Positions 1-9,653 of a stretch of 64,000 bases of DNA are shown here, piece after piece (within the stretch, counting starts at the first letter, position 1; every line of letters begins with the position of its first letter). The DNA is taken from positions 1 through 64,000 of the IMG/VR virus record IMGVR_UViG_3300031994_000025, one strand, 5' to 3'. This DNA comes from a virus (Duplodnaviria > Caudoviricetes). The position numbers and the translations under genes were made by a program. The notes under the pieces are model-generated. The model worked only from the letters and a program-made list of their open reading frames with translations. It ran no database searches and had not been told where the DNA came from.

Positions 1-299
1 CATTCTGCACCCTCCTTCTTGACCAGCTCAATCCAAAACTGAGTCCATACGAATGTAATGTTATCAACCCTGCACCATCCGCCGTCTATCACTTTGTCGG
101 CAAAATACTCGCTTAGTTTCTGTAACACTTCATAGCGTTCAAAATGTTTTTTGTCGATGCAGAAAGCCGCCGTGTCGTTCTCTTTCTCGCTACAGAAAGA
201 ACACCCGTCATCGTCCTGTCGCTTACCTTCGGCGGGTAGCCCGAACAGTTCTCTGAGGTCAGAGATTGCCTGTTTTCTTGAAATAATTGTTTTTGCCAT
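1..299 (-). CDS. hypothetical protein (runs off window edge)
   Basis: ATG at 299 (MAKTIISRKQ...), frame open to position 1. Confidence 0.55.
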   Translation of the reverse strand, partial: MAKTIISRKQAISDLRELFGLPAEGKRQDDDGCSFCSEKENDTAAFCIDKKHFERYEVLQKLSEYFADKVIDGGWCRVDNITFVWTQFWIELVKKEGAE

Positions 300-344
300 A
301 TTTCTTTCTAATGTTGTTAAAATGTTAATACTATTTTTTGCTGA

Positions 345-1193
345 TTATCTCAGCTCTTTCATTTCCAATTCCTTCAGCATCGTGTAGCGGATGCCGTCGA
401 TGTCGGCCTGCCAGGAGTGGTGATAGTGGCCGTAGAGCCAGTGGCGCACGGGGTGGCAGTGCTTGCGCAGACGCTCCAGTAGCGCGTCCATCACTTCTCG
501 GTCGTGGCGCATGTCGTCGGGCAGCGTCGGGTCGTTCTCTATCAGGTACTCCAGCCATGATGGCGGCACCACGTCCTCGCACATCGAAGGCGCGACGTGG
601 GTTACTACCGTGTCCACCGTCTTGCCCTCACGGTGTAGCCGTGCCAGTGCCGAATCGTCGATATAGGGCTGTTCCAGCGGCCAGTAGTCGGCGGTGGTGA
701 GGGCCAGTCTGTGCTCGGCGATTGTCTGCATCGTGGCGGCCATGCGCTCGTCGAACATCTTGGTCCAGTCGGGCTGCAGCACACACGCGGGATGGTTGTA
801 GCTCTCCCGGTTCTTCCTGTCCACGCTCGTCGCCCCGCCGACGCACAGCACGCGGTGACCTGCCACGGTGACGGTCGAGTAGTCGGCGACGGCCACCCAG
901 CGCTTCATGCTGATTTCCTCACCGTCGAAGTAGGCGGGGTTGTCGTGGTTGCCTCTGACGAACACCACGTGGCAGTCGGCACGCTCCAGCTTCGGCAGCA
1001 CGCGGCGGTACACCTCGTCGTAGTAGCCGCGCCGGTGGAACCCGAAGCCGCAGTCACCCGCCACGATGACCACCGTGTGCTCCATCCGGCACAGCTTCGT
1101 CATGCGATACACCAGCTCGTCGAACTTGCCGTGTATGTCGCCGCAAACCACCAGCCCCTCGGCATCTGGAAAATCATAGTTCATCTTTAACAT
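345..1193 (-). CDS. calcineurin-like metallophosphoesterase
   Basis: Motifs GDIHG, GDCG, RGNHD, TH and GHYH in order. Confidence 0.9.
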   Translation of the reverse strand: MLKMNYDFPDAEGLVVCGDIHGKFDELVYRMTKLCRMEHTVVIVAGDCGFGFHRRGYYDEVYRRVLPKLERADCHVVFVRGNHDNPAYFDGEEISMKRWVAVADYSTVTVAGHRVLCVGGATSVDRKNRESYNHPACVLQPDWTKMFDERMAATMQTIAEHRLALTTADYWPLEQPYIDDSALARLHREGKTVDTVVTHVAPSMCEDVVPPSWLEYLIENDPTLPDDMRHDREVMDALLERLRKHCHPVRHWLYGHYHHSWQADIDGIRYTMLKELEMKELR

Positions 1194-1223
1194 ATCGCTC
1201 TTAAATAATAATTAAATGTGTGA

Positions 1224-1577
1224 TTACAGACTAAGAATATTGAGGCGGTTGAGCGCATCGAAGTAGGGGCTGAACAGTTCGCGGAACTGTTCGGACATCT
1301 TGCGGTTCTCTACGTACTCCTTGACAGCCGCGCCGCGTTTCTCGTCAGGCATGTTGACAAACTCCATCAGTCGCTCTATCCATTCCTGCTGAGCGGCAAC
1401 CTTTTCTTTCAGCAGGGCATTCTCGTCATTGAGATCCGACAGTCGTTTGGTTGCGTCGATGTAGTTGTCCCAGCGGTCTTTGGCGAGTTTCTTCAGCCGC
1501 TCGATTTCTTCTTTATATTTCGCGGTCACCTGCTTTCGCACCTCTTCGCGTATTTCGTTAGGCTTCTTTGCTTTCAT
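1224..1577 (-). CDS. hypothetical coiled-coil protein
   Basis: K/E-rich ORF in the co-oriented operon, preceded by the AAGGAGGACTGA junction motif. Confidence 0.75.
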   Translation of the reverse strand: MKAKKPNEIREEVRKQVTAKYKEEIERLKKLAKDRWDNYIDATKRLSDLNDENALLKEKVAAQQEWIERLMEFVNMPDEKRGAAVKEYVENRKMSEQFRELFSPYFDALNRLNILSL

Positions 1578-1580
1578 CGG

Positions 1581-1913
1581 TCAGTCCTCCTTAACAATTA
1601 TAATTTTTACTTTGTCACCAACATCGAGTGTGTTGTGTTGGAGGAACAACATTCCTGCTGATGATTCAATAGATGCTCCACATTCCGCTCCATTAGATAT
1701 ACAAATGCCGTCCACAACATTCTCTGTCATCCGATCAAGCATCATTTGCGCGCCGTCCTTTACTCCTCTCTCGTAAAAGTTTAGCACAATATCAGTAAAT
1801 TTCCTGTCATCGACAAAACCAGGAATCATCTTTTCTAATTCCTCCCTCTTGCTTTTGGCAAAGTTTTCAACGACTTCATCATTCTTTGCTGAAGAAATAA
1901 AAACATTGTTCAT
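1581..1913 (-). CDS. hypothetical phage protein
   Basis: Tight operon packing; ends in KED junction motif. Confidence 0.7.
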   Translation of the reverse strand: MNNVFISSAKNDEVVENFAKSKREELEKMIPGFVDDRKFTDIVLNFYERGVKDGAQMMLDRMTENVVDGICISNGAECGASIESSAGMLFLQHNTLDVGDKVKIIIVKED

Positions 1914-1917
1914 TTGG

Positions 1918-2463
1918 TCAGTCCTCCTTCTTTCCGAAAAGTTCCCTTATTACCCGTTCCAGATTGTTGATGGAGCCTGTAACCAGTCCGAGCATCAGCG
2001 AGTAGGCTACGGCTTCGCGTGTTGACAGCTCCAGTCCTGCCACTCCGATAAGGATGCAGAACAGCAAGGAATATAGCATCCAGCTCGTCAGCCGCTCCAG
2101 CGACCTTATGAACTTGTCGGCCCACGACTCCTTGTGCGGCTTGTCAGTAGGTTTGGACTTGCCGCCTGTCATGTCGGGCTCTGACACGTCGGTTATTATC
2201 TCCGGGTCTGTGTCTGTCGTGTCGTCGGTGAGGGCATCCAACTCCTGCTTAGTCTTCTGTCTTTCCTCTGCCACCACGTCGAGCATCTTGTCCCACACTT
2301 CCTTGCTCACTATCCCATGATATTCTTCACGGCTGTTGGAATAGGTACAGCTGATTTTGATGAGCATTGTGTGGTAATCGGCATTCCTGCTCAGCAGCAA
2401 ATCTCCGTATTCACTGATGTCGTGTTCAAGGTTCTTCGCCTTTTGTAATGTCTCTTGTTTCAT
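1918..2463 (-). CDS. hypothetical membrane protein
   Basis: Two hydrophobic segments near the C-terminus. Confidence 0.7.
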   Translation of the reverse strand: MKQETLQKAKNLEHDISEYGDLLLSRNADYHTMLIKISCTYSNSREEYHGIVSKEVWDKMLDVVAEERQKTKQELDALTDDTTDTDPEIITDVSEPDMTGGKSKPTDKPHKESWADKFIRSLERLTSWMLYSLLFCILIGVAGLELSTREAVAYSLMLGLVTGSINNLERVIRELFGKKED

Positions 2464-2473
2464 ATCTCAAAAA

Positions 2474-2737
2474 TTATTTACTCTTCACTGTTTCTGCCTC
2501 GCCTCCATAGACCACCTTCATCTTGGGCTTGCGGCACGGCTTATCGACGAACTTGTAGTGTACCCAGTAGTCCCTGTCCTCGTACCACTCCTGGTCGAAC
2601 GGCACGAGATGGAACATCTCGCCCTCGAAGTCCACCCCGATGAGCATACACTCCACGTTGTGATCGGGATGCTTCGTGTGCCACAGCATCACCTCAGAAT
2701 GACGGTAGTGGTAGCTGGCGAACTGGTTCTGGGTCAT
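2474..2737 (-). CDS. hypothetical protein
   Basis: ORF overlaps the upstream stop by 4 bp. Confidence 0.7.
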   Translation of the reverse strand: MTQNQFASYHYRHSEVMLWHTKHPDHNVECMLIGVDFEGEMFHLVPFDQEWYEDRDYWVHYKFVDKPCRKPKMKVVYGGEAETVKSK

Positions 2738-2934
2738 ATCATCTTGTATTTCTCCATTACCTGTTTCATTTCCCGAACCATGTGGTAATAGTCCTCGTGG
2801 ATCAGGTAGGTGTTAGGCTTACTGCGTAGCGAACTCATTACGAGCTGCCACTGCTCGTCTATTTCCTCCGCCACATCCAGTGCTTTCGCCTGCCAGAAGC
2901 GGCTTTCCGTCGATTGGTCAAATTCCTTTGGCAT
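2734..2934 (-). CDS. hypothetical protein
   Basis: Short ORF in operon. Confidence 0.6.
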   Translation of the reverse strand: MPKEFDQSTESRFWQAKALDVAEEIDEQWQLVMSSLRSKPNTYLIHEDYYHMVREMKQVMEKYKMI

Positions 2935-2962
2935 GATATTTTCTAATATCGTTCACTCCTCC

Positions 2963-3319
2963 TTATCTGCAATCCCAATAGTCGAACAGTTCCTCCAGCT
3001 TGGCTCTTGCCGAGATAAAGGCTGCGGCATGGCCTCTGTCGTAATGGCTTCCCTCCGGGCTGGCATCGTCGGCCTTCGCCTGATGCTGAAAGCGTTCGGT
3101 CTCCTCTACGAGCCACTGGCGGAACTGCATGAGTTTGTCGATTTCGGGGAAGCCTACCTTGGCGTTCAGCAGGAACCCGTCGGTAAACTGGTTGAAACTT
3201 GTGATATCGGCTTTTGTGTACGACTTGGCATCGTCGCCGAAATTCACGCGGACGCTGACGGGCAGCGTCGGCTTTGCATTCATGTTGGTCACTATCGACC
3301 GTAAATCTTGTACGTTCAT
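2963..3319 (-). CDS. hypothetical protein
   Basis: ORF with A-rich upstream region. Confidence 0.7.
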   Translation of the reverse strand: MNVQDLRSIVTNMNAKPTLPVSVRVNFGDDAKSYTKADITSFNQFTDGFLLNAKVGFPEIDKLMQFRQWLVEETERFQHQAKADDASPEGSHYDRGHAAAFISARAKLEELFDYWDCR

Positions 3320-3479
3320 ATCGCTCTTTTTTTATCCTGCTTTCGCAGGGAAATTGATTAAAAATTAGATTAAAAATTATTCAGACATATTGTCGCTTAT
3401 TAGTTTCTCCGTGAGAGCCATCACGTTCTTAATTTCCTCTTCTACGGGAATGTCGCCGCGACGGCGCCCTGCATCTTTT

Positions 3480-4202
3480 CTATTCCCCATGTAAATACCG
3501 TCTGAAGGCATCGGTGAAGCCGGAGCGTTGGCGGTACACCTTTATCAGATTTTTCAGTGCTTTCTGCTTGTCGAGACTGATGATGAAAGCGCTGCCGTCA
3601 TCTGTTATCGCATCGGCGGTCGTTCCCATCCTTTTGCAGAAGTTGGCAATCATTCTTTCAGAAGGTGCCACACATATATACCCCGTCTTGTCGTAGGGTT
3701 GTAGATAACCTTTCGAATCACCCATGTGAGGGTAGAAGCGTCGAAATCCGTTGAAATCGCCGAGAAGCGATTGGAAGAGTTTTGGCTTCTCGCCTTTCGC
3801 CTTCACAAAATAATACGATGTCTCCCCTCTGAACCCCAGTTCGCGCATCACGTGGGCAATGGCGAAGTCGATATATCCGTCGTTCACCTGCTGGCGGATG
3901 GGATCGAACACGGAGTGGCTGTCGCGGACGACATAGCCCTTCAGTTTGCGAGCCATGATGAACAGCTTCACGAACCGTTCCTTCTCCGCATCCCACCGCA
4001 TCGTGTATTCGCCCTCTAATATTCTGCCCTGTGTGAACGCTATCTTCACGTTCACGTCGGGTCTTACACCCTCAGAGGGCGATATGATGTAGCCGAGACT
4101 GCGACAAAACACCGTCTCCGCATCCACGCCCTCCACGGCGGCCACCGCCTCGCGCACTTTCTTAACCCTTTCGTCGTCCGTCAGTTCAAGGAATTGTTTC
4201 AT
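3480..4202 (-). CDS. hypothetical protein
   Basis: 240-aa ORF. Confidence 0.75.
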   Translation of the reverse strand: MKQFLELTDDERVKKVREAVAAVEGVDAETVFCRSLGYIISPSEGVRPDVNVKIAFTQGRILEGEYTMRWDAEKERFVKLFIMARKLKGYVVRDSHSVFDPIRQQVNDGYIDFAIAHVMRELGFRGETSYYFVKAKGEKPKLFQSLLGDFNGFRRFYPHMGDSKGYLQPYDKTGYICVAPSERMIANFCKRMGTTADAITDDGSAFIISLDKQKALKNLIKVYRQRSGFTDAFRRYLHGE

Positions 4203-4334
4203 ATCACTTTATCGTTTCTGTTCGTGTTAATCCGTTGCTTGTTAAAAAATGCAGCCTCCGACTGTGGACTCGAACCACAAACCCGCCATTACCTCGCGCT
4301 TCATGACCATGCGCTCGACTTTGCATTACTGCTT

Positions 4335-4583
4335 TCATCGCAGCACTACGCCGAAATCTATTCTTCGTTTCTCCTGCTCGAAGTATCGCAACTGTTCTAT
4401 CGTGGTCTGGCTAATCCATTCCTCGCAATACTTGTGATACTTCGGGTGGTTGTTGCGCCTGAACCGCTCGGCCAGGTAGTCGTGCAGCTGCTGACGGTAA
4501 AACGTCAACCGTCTGACCCGGCAACGTCGTTCTTCGTTCGCCCAGTACTTGTACTCGTCCATAAATTCATCCACCAGTCCCAT
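4335..4583 (-). CDS. hypothetical protein
   Basis: ORF after junction motif. Confidence 0.7.
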   Translation of the reverse strand: MGLVDEFMDEYKYWANEERRCRVRRLTFYRQQLHDYLAERFRRNNHPKYHKYCEEWISQTTIEQLRYFEQEKRRIDFGVVLR

Positions 4584-4587
4584 ACGC

Positions 4588-5250
4588 TCAGTCCTCCTGC
4601 TCCATCTTGACCACCTCCAGGTATTTCACGTTCAACACATAGATACTGCCGTCGCTGTCCATCTTCACGTCGGCGATGTAGCCGTGACTGCGGCTAAAAC
4701 CAAGGGATGTCACGACGCCCGTGCGGCCTTTCTCTGATGCGATATCACAGACCACCCTGTCGCCTGCCTTCATCTGGTGCCACTTCTCATAGCCTTCAAG
4801 CAGCCTGGTCCAATCCTCGGCCCAATAGCGCACAGCCTGCCATACGTCACGCTCACTGGCGGCGTCGAATCGGTTCATCCATTCAAACACGGCCTGTCTC
4901 ACTTCGTCGCGCAGGAAAAGCGTCATCTGATTGAAGGCGGGCTTACTCTCGCCATCCCTGTGTCCGAACAGGCGCACCCTGACGGCTTGCGGCAGGTCGG
5001 CGGAGCCGTTCTCCAGTTTTGTTATCTTCACGCGCTCACAGCCTGGTCCGTAGTATTCTTCCAGTGCCATCACCTTTCCAAGCACCGTCATGAGAGAGTC
5101 CGTGCCACCGCAGTCCACCATCTGACCTTTCTCATTCATCACATACTCGAAGTCCGAGGTGTTGTCACAGTACACGTAGAGCGTCTGCTCGCTCGTGGTC
5201 GAGTCGTTGTTGTCGTAGCGGATTTCCGCCTTGTAAAATGCTTTTGACAT
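4588..5250 (-). CDS. hypothetical protein with KOW-like C-terminus
   Basis: MKAGDRVVC...GRTGVV segment. Confidence 0.7.
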   Translation of the reverse strand: MSKAFYKAEIRYDNNDSTTSEQTLYVYCDNTSDFEYVMNEKGQMVDCGGTDSLMTVLGKVMALEEYYGPGCERVKITKLENGSADLPQAVRVRLFGHRDGESKPAFNQMTLFLRDEVRQAVFEWMNRFDAASERDVWQAVRYWAEDWTRLLEGYEKWHQMKAGDRVVCDIASEKGRTGVVTSLGFSRSHGYIADVKMDSDGSIYVLNVKYLEVVKMEQED

Positions 5251-5286
5251 AATCGTATCGTTTATTCTTTTGTTCCATTATATCGC

Positions 5287-5928
5287 TCACTCCTTATTCT
5301 TTTTCAACAGCGAATAAAATCCGTCGTAGTAGTTCAGCGGTTCCTCCGGCACGGTATAAGGTCCATAGCCGCCGACCCTCTGAAAGTGCTCCTCGTCTAT
5401 CGCCTCCCGCGAGAGGATGAAACGGCCCTTCTCCGGGTCTATGATCTCGCCGGTACGGAAGTTGTAGTAGGGTCGGCACAGCCGCGTCACGTCGTTGTCG
5501 AGCGGCTGATAGATGGCCTGGTGCAGATACTTGAACCAGCCGGCCTTCATCCTCTCCTGAATGCTCTCGAACATCAGCCGGGCAAACTCCTCGGCTTCGT
5601 CCCTGTTCGTGGCAAGGAAGTATATAGACATGTTGTGGTCGAAGGGCGATCGAAGCGTGCCGATACGGTCGCTAAAGACATCCATATCCTCCCTGTCCAC
5701 GTCCACCCTCCTGATGCCGTCCTTGTCGAACTGTATTGCCTGCCACAGCACGGGCTTCTCCTCAAACGGCCCGCCCAGCGACACCGCCTCGATGGTCAGC
5801 CGCCACGGATCTTCCTGCTGCTCCTCGTATGCCTTTGCTTCTTCCCACGTCTCAAAGGCCGCCAGCAGCTTTACATCCTGCGCATCTTCACAGCTCACGT
5901 CCAGCACTACGTAAATCTTCTTCTCCAT
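5287..5928 (-). CDS. hypothetical phage protein
   Basis: 213-aa acidic ORF. Confidence 0.75.
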   Translation of the reverse strand: MEKKIYVVLDVSCEDAQDVKLLAAFETWEEAKAYEEQQEDPWRLTIEAVSLGGPFEEKPVLWQAIQFDKDGIRRVDVDREDMDVFSDRIGTLRSPFDHNMSIYFLATNRDEAEEFARLMFESIQERMKAGWFKYLHQAIYQPLDNDVTRLCRPYYNFRTGEIIDPEKGRFILSREAIDEEHFQRVGGYGPYTVPEEPLNYYDGFYSLLKKNKE

Positions 5929-5957
5929 ATCGCCATTTGTTGTTTAGGATGTAAATA

Positions 5958-6440
5958 CTACTCTTTCGGGTTCACCAGCTCCCAGTCGTCGGTGAGCATG
6001 TCGGTCTGCGAAGCCAGCCATCCGTTGACTATCGTGCCGTCGGCGGCCTTCATGCAGATGTATGACCCGAGAAGACGATGGTGAGTCTCATTGGGATGCG
6101 CCTTTACCCACTCCTTGAAGCTCCAGGGCAGCGACTTCACCTGCTCGGTGATCATCTTGTCGGACAGCGCGTCAAGGGGTCGCATGAAGAGGAACATCCC
6201 CTTGCCATTCCATCCCTGTCGGCGCACGAGGAAGCCGTTCTTGAGCGAGCCGATGGCCTGTCCGAACGTGCCCTGGCAACCCTCCTGCAGCCGTTCCATC
6301 GACTGTGCGCCGCAGACGAAGCACGTCTCCATGTCGCCGCGCGTGAATGACTGGTCGGGAGTGTAGCCCTCCGACTGTTTCTGATTCTCTACTGCCGAGA
6401 TGTACTGCTCGGCCATCTGGTCATGATTCTGTTGTTCCAT
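5958..6440 (-). CDS. DUF2829 family protein (Tad2/AcrIIA7-like anti-defence sponge)
   Basis: FGQAI..LKNG..VRRQGWNGKGMFL and GWLASQTDMLTDDW signature. Confidence 0.8.
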   Translation of the reverse strand: MEQQNHDQMAEQYISAVENQKQSEGYTPDQSFTRGDMETCFVCGAQSMERLQEGCQGTFGQAIGSLKNGFLVRRQGWNGKGMFLFMRPLDALSDKMITEQVKSLPWSFKEWVKAHPNETHHRLLGSYICMKAADGTIVNGWLASQTDMLTDDWELVNPKE

Positions 6441-6467
6441 AATCGTTTTGTTTTATTGGGGTTGATA

Positions 6468-6725
6468 CTAAAGTGATTTCACAAACTCGTCGATGTTCTT
6501 TATCTCCTTCTCCACGAGGCCGGCCATGAGGGCGTTGAAGGTGTCGCTCTGGATGTCGGCCTCCTTCTGCTTGCGCCCGTCGGCGGCGTAGTTGGTAGGC
6601 ACGGTGACGGTCACGATGGCCTGGCTTGGGTAGCTGCTCAGCAGGTTGTAGAGTGCCTGAAGCTCGCGGCGCTTGCGGGCCATGCGCTCCGCCGCTTCAA
6701 GATTCTTGGGTTCCATATTGCTCAT
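6468..6725 (-). CDS. hypothetical protein
   Basis: ORF overlaps upstream stop. Confidence 0.65.
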   Translation of the reverse strand: MSNMEPKNLEAAERMARKRRELQALYNLLSSYPSQAIVTVTVPTNYAADGRKQKEADIQSDTFNALMAGLVEKEIKNIDEFVKSL

Positions 6726-7255
6726 TCCTCCCTATTGTTATTCTTCACGCACAGCCTGACGATAGCCTCGGTCAATACGTCGCCGTTGTCGCGGGCCATC
6801 TGGTCGAGTTTCTCCACGTCAAACTCCTCGGCAGAGAACTTGAACTGAATCCAGTTCGGTTCAAACTCGCGGTAGTCGAGGTATGTCTTCGGCTCGTCTG
6901 TTTCGAGGATGTACTTCACCATGCGCAGCAAACGCTCACCTGCAGGTTTCGATTCCACAAAGCCACTGACATCATACGAGCTGGCTCCACGACTCTTCCA
7001 ATACTCGCCGCCGCCTTCCGGACGCTTGTCCTTCGGGTCGAAGCGCACAATGTCACTGTCGAAATACTCTATACGCACCGATACGCCCTTATTCCCGAAA
7101 CCGAGACTGCCGGTAAAAGGACGATACCTGCGGTTTTTGTTCTCGATATAGAAGGGCACATCTTTGGGATCAACATGGTTTATCCCGCAAGTGTGCATCC
7201 AGTCTTGCACCCACTTTATCAGGTCGTGAAGGGTGATTACTTCTTGTTCATTCAT
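6722..7255 (-). CDS. hypothetical protein
   Basis: Likely start MNEQE at 7255, just after the upstream stop. Confidence 0.7.
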   Translation of the reverse strand: MNEQEVITLHDLIKWVQDWMHTCGINHVDPKDVPFYIENKNRRYRPFTGSLGFGNKGVSVRIEYFDSDIVRFDPKDKRPEGGGEYWKSRGASSYDVSGFVESKPAGERLLRMVKYILETDEPKTYLDYREFEPNWIQFKFSAEEFDVEKLDQMARDNGDVLTEAIVRLCVKNNNREE

Positions 7256-7259
7256 ACTT

Positions 7260-7466
7260 TTATTCCTCCAACTTTTTGATTTTATCAATAGCACTTGCCA
7301 CCTCCAGCCAACTGCGGTTGTATGCCTGTTGCTTGTATCTGATGGCTTCGCGCTCCATCTCAAACTTATGTTCGTTCATGTATGCCATCTGCCGATAGCA
7401 CTCATTCTCGTAGTCCTGCAACGTCTTGACGAGGTTGGTCAGGATGGTTTCTTCTTTCTCGGTCAT
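7260..7466 (-). CDS. hypothetical protein
   Basis: ORF after junction motif. Confidence 0.7.
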   Translation of the reverse strand: MTEKEETILTNLVKTLQDYENECYRQMAYMNEHKFEMEREAIRYKQQAYNRSWLEVASAIDKIKKLEE

Positions 7467-7469
7467 CGG

Positions 7470-7835
7470 TCAGTCCTCCTTCTTTGGATATTCAATAATC
7501 AGGCAGCCCGGTGTTTCCGTCCGTTTGCCTTTGTCCCATCGGTTCTTGAAGAACTCGCGGCCCCAGCCTGTGCCTTGCGGAAAGTAGCAGTTGCACATCC
7601 AGTACACGTTACCATGGTCGATGAAGTCCAGCCGATAGTCAATGTAGTCAATGAGCACCGTCTTGATGTGGTCAATCAGTTTTGCGGGATATTCTATCTT
7701 GATGATGTTCTCTGCCAGCATCGTGATGGTCGTTCCCTCAGTCACCTTCCTTATGTGTTCCTTGGCATCCTCTGTGAGTCCGTCCGTATCAGGTGCCTTG
7801 AACGTCAGTTTTCTTGGGTATTCGTTGTTTGCCAT
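7470..7835 (-). CDS. hypothetical protein
   Basis: ORF flanked by junction motifs. Confidence 0.7.
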   Translation of the reverse strand: MANNEYPRKLTFKAPDTDGLTEDAKEHIRKVTEGTTITMLAENIIKIEYPAKLIDHIKTVLIDYIDYRLDFIDHGNVYWMCNCYFPQGTGWGREFFKNRWDKGKRTETPGCLIIEYPKKED

Positions 7836-7869
7836 AGCTCAGTCCTCCTTTGCTCAGAATAATATTTTT

Positions 7870-8199
7870 TTATTGTTGCGCTGGTACTGCAAATTCCAAT
7901 TCCTCAGAACGCTCAATCTCATAATGGAGACAAAACCTCCCGTCTGAGTACCGTGCGCAAAAGCCACCGTAGCGAATCTCCAGTTCTTTCCCGCAGTTCT
8001 CTTCTTTCTGCAGACTGTCGTACAGAGACTCCAGTAGTTGCTCACACCGCACCACCATGTCGTATATCGACGGGACCTCATTGCGCCCGTCCTCGCACAG
8101 CCATTTCGCGTCGGTCTGTTTCATCACCCGCTGCACCTTTGCGAAGTCGAACCCACGAAGGATGCTGACCAGCCTTTTCTTGTCTATCAGTTGTGCCAT
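7870..8199 (-). CDS. hypothetical protein
   Basis: ORF after junction motif. Confidence 0.7.
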   Translation of the reverse strand: MAQLIDKKRLVSILRGFDFAKVQRVMKQTDAKWLCEDGRNEVPSIYDMVVRCEQLLESLYDSLQKEENCGKELEIRYGGFCARYSDGRFCLHYEIERSEELEFAVPAQQ

Positions 8200-8202
8200 C
8201 GT

Positions 8203-8691
8203 TCAGTCCTCCTTCTTCTCTTCATTCGCTTTCTTGGCAAATGCCATTAGCCGTGCCTGGTAAACGTCTTTGTCCTTGATGAACTGCACGTAGTCGAAAT
8301 CGAGGCGGTAGAAAGCGCAAATGTAGTAGCAATTCTCGTAGCCTTTCAGCTCTTCCTGAAGCATCAGCAGCGTCAGCACATAGTCGTTGCCGATGAAATG
8401 TCTGTTGACCACCCTTACGATGTCGTCGACATGGTACTTATACATCCACCTGTCCTCTTGCTCGTCGCGCTCCCAGCTCTTGACATTATCAGTCCCGATT
8501 TCACGAATCAGTCCGAGCAGGAAGTTCGCATGGTCGTGCTTGATGATGTACTTGCCAAGACGGAACCACGATGTAAGGTTCTGACAGGCATAGGCGTGCT
8601 GCCCCCCAATCTTTTCTGCAGACTTCGACGACAGGATTCTGCGCCCGCCGTAATCTGACTTGTTCCATTCCTGGATAAAAATCTCTGCCAT
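8203..8691 (-). CDS. hypothetical protein
   Basis: 162-aa ORF ending in KED. Confidence 0.7.
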   Translation of the reverse strand: MAEIFIQEWNKSDYGGRRILSSKSAEKIGGQHAYACQNLTSWFRLGKYIIKHDHANFLLGLIREIGTDNVKSWERDEQEDRWMYKYHVDDIVRVVNRHFIGNDYVLTLLMLQEELKGYENCYYICAFYRLDFDYVQFIKDKDVYQARLMAFAKKANEEKKED

Positions 8692-8700
8692 ACGCTCTCG

Positions 8701-9024
8701 TCAGTTAATCCTTATTCCTAAGTCACATTCGCCAGTAAACACGCTGGATATAGAGTTGTGCGAACACTCGGAGCATATATCTCCGTCTTCGTCGGGGAAG
8801 GGACAGCCGAGCGATGCAAGGTCTTTGCGCTCGATACCTGGGTACGGGTCAAAACCCTTAGTGTTGATACAATGCTGGGTTGCAGGATGGTTGGCAATCT
8901 CCGCGTTGGCACAATGGCTGCACAGCTGGTGGGTATCATCTACCCACCAGCAGTTACCATATTCTGGATTGTGGCACGGGTCGTTGTCCGTGCATCCACA
9001 TACTTTACATACTCCGTAAGGCAT
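8701..9024 (-). CDS. Cys-rich putative zinc-binding protein
   Basis: CKVCGC..PC, CSHC and CSEC motifs. Confidence 0.65.
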   Translation of the reverse strand: MPYGVCKVCGCTDNDPCHNPEYGNCWWVDDTHQLCSHCANAEIANHPATQHCINTKGFDPYPGIERKDLASLGCPFPDEDGDICSECSHNSISSVFTGECDLGIRIN

Positions 9025-9056
9025 AGTCGTCTCGAATTATATTTAACTTTTAATGA

Positions 9057-9650
9057 TTATTGTTTCTCCAACTTAAACCGATAGCAGCGGGATTGCTGCC
9101 AGTGGGTCTTGCACCACGCGGCGTTGCTCGTCGTGCCGAAGCGGTGGTGGCAGCGGGCGCACGAGGGACCGGTGAACTCCGGCTGGCGCGGGCTTACGGG
9201 GCGATGGAAGTCAGCGTAGGGATTCGTCAGCACATGGACGGTCTCGCCCGGCTGAGCCGCCATCGGCAGCGCCACGTATTCGCCCGTCTCGAAGGCCCCC
9301 GCGAGGTAGCGCTCCTCAATCTCGTCGTTGAAGGCACTGCCGCTCTTGGGGTGAGCCGTGGTCAGCACCATGTCGCGCTCAGCATCGTAACCACGAATCT
9401 CAAAGAAGTCGATGTTACTGCTGAACGTCGGACGGAACCTGCGGCCTTTCAGGTCGGCATACTGTGCAGCCTTCCATTCTCGGCGGAATCGCTCCGTGAC
9501 TTCCTTGTCCTCCATCTTGTCAATGTCAATCTCCGGCACGTCGGCCACCTGGCGCACGTTTAGGCTGTCAAGCAGCCCTGCGGCAAGCGCCTGCTCCTGT
9601 ATGCGCCCCAGCCGCCCGAAGCCGTCGAGCTGTATTATGTTCTTTGCCAT
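9057..9650 (-). CDS. hypothetical protein with C-terminal Cys cluster
   Basis: 197-aa ORF; CARC...C...C. Confidence 0.7.
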   Translation of the reverse strand: MAKNIIQLDGFGRLGRIQEQALAAGLLDSLNVRQVADVPEIDIDKMEDKEVTERFRREWKAAQYADLKGRRFRPTFSSNIDFFEIRGYDAERDMVLTTAHPKSGSAFNDEIEERYLAGAFETGEYVALPMAAQPGETVHVLTNPYADFHRPVSPRQPEFTGPSCARCHHRFGTTSNAAWCKTHWQQSRCYRFKLEKQ

Positions 9651-9653
9651 CGT

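Noticed and set aside
2565-2584. Partial match (CAGTAGTCCCTGTCC) to the sequence after CRISPR repeat 2, suggesting self-targeting
   Set aside because: Only about 14 of 17 positions match, with mismatches at positions 1 and 10; plausible by chance in 64 kb.
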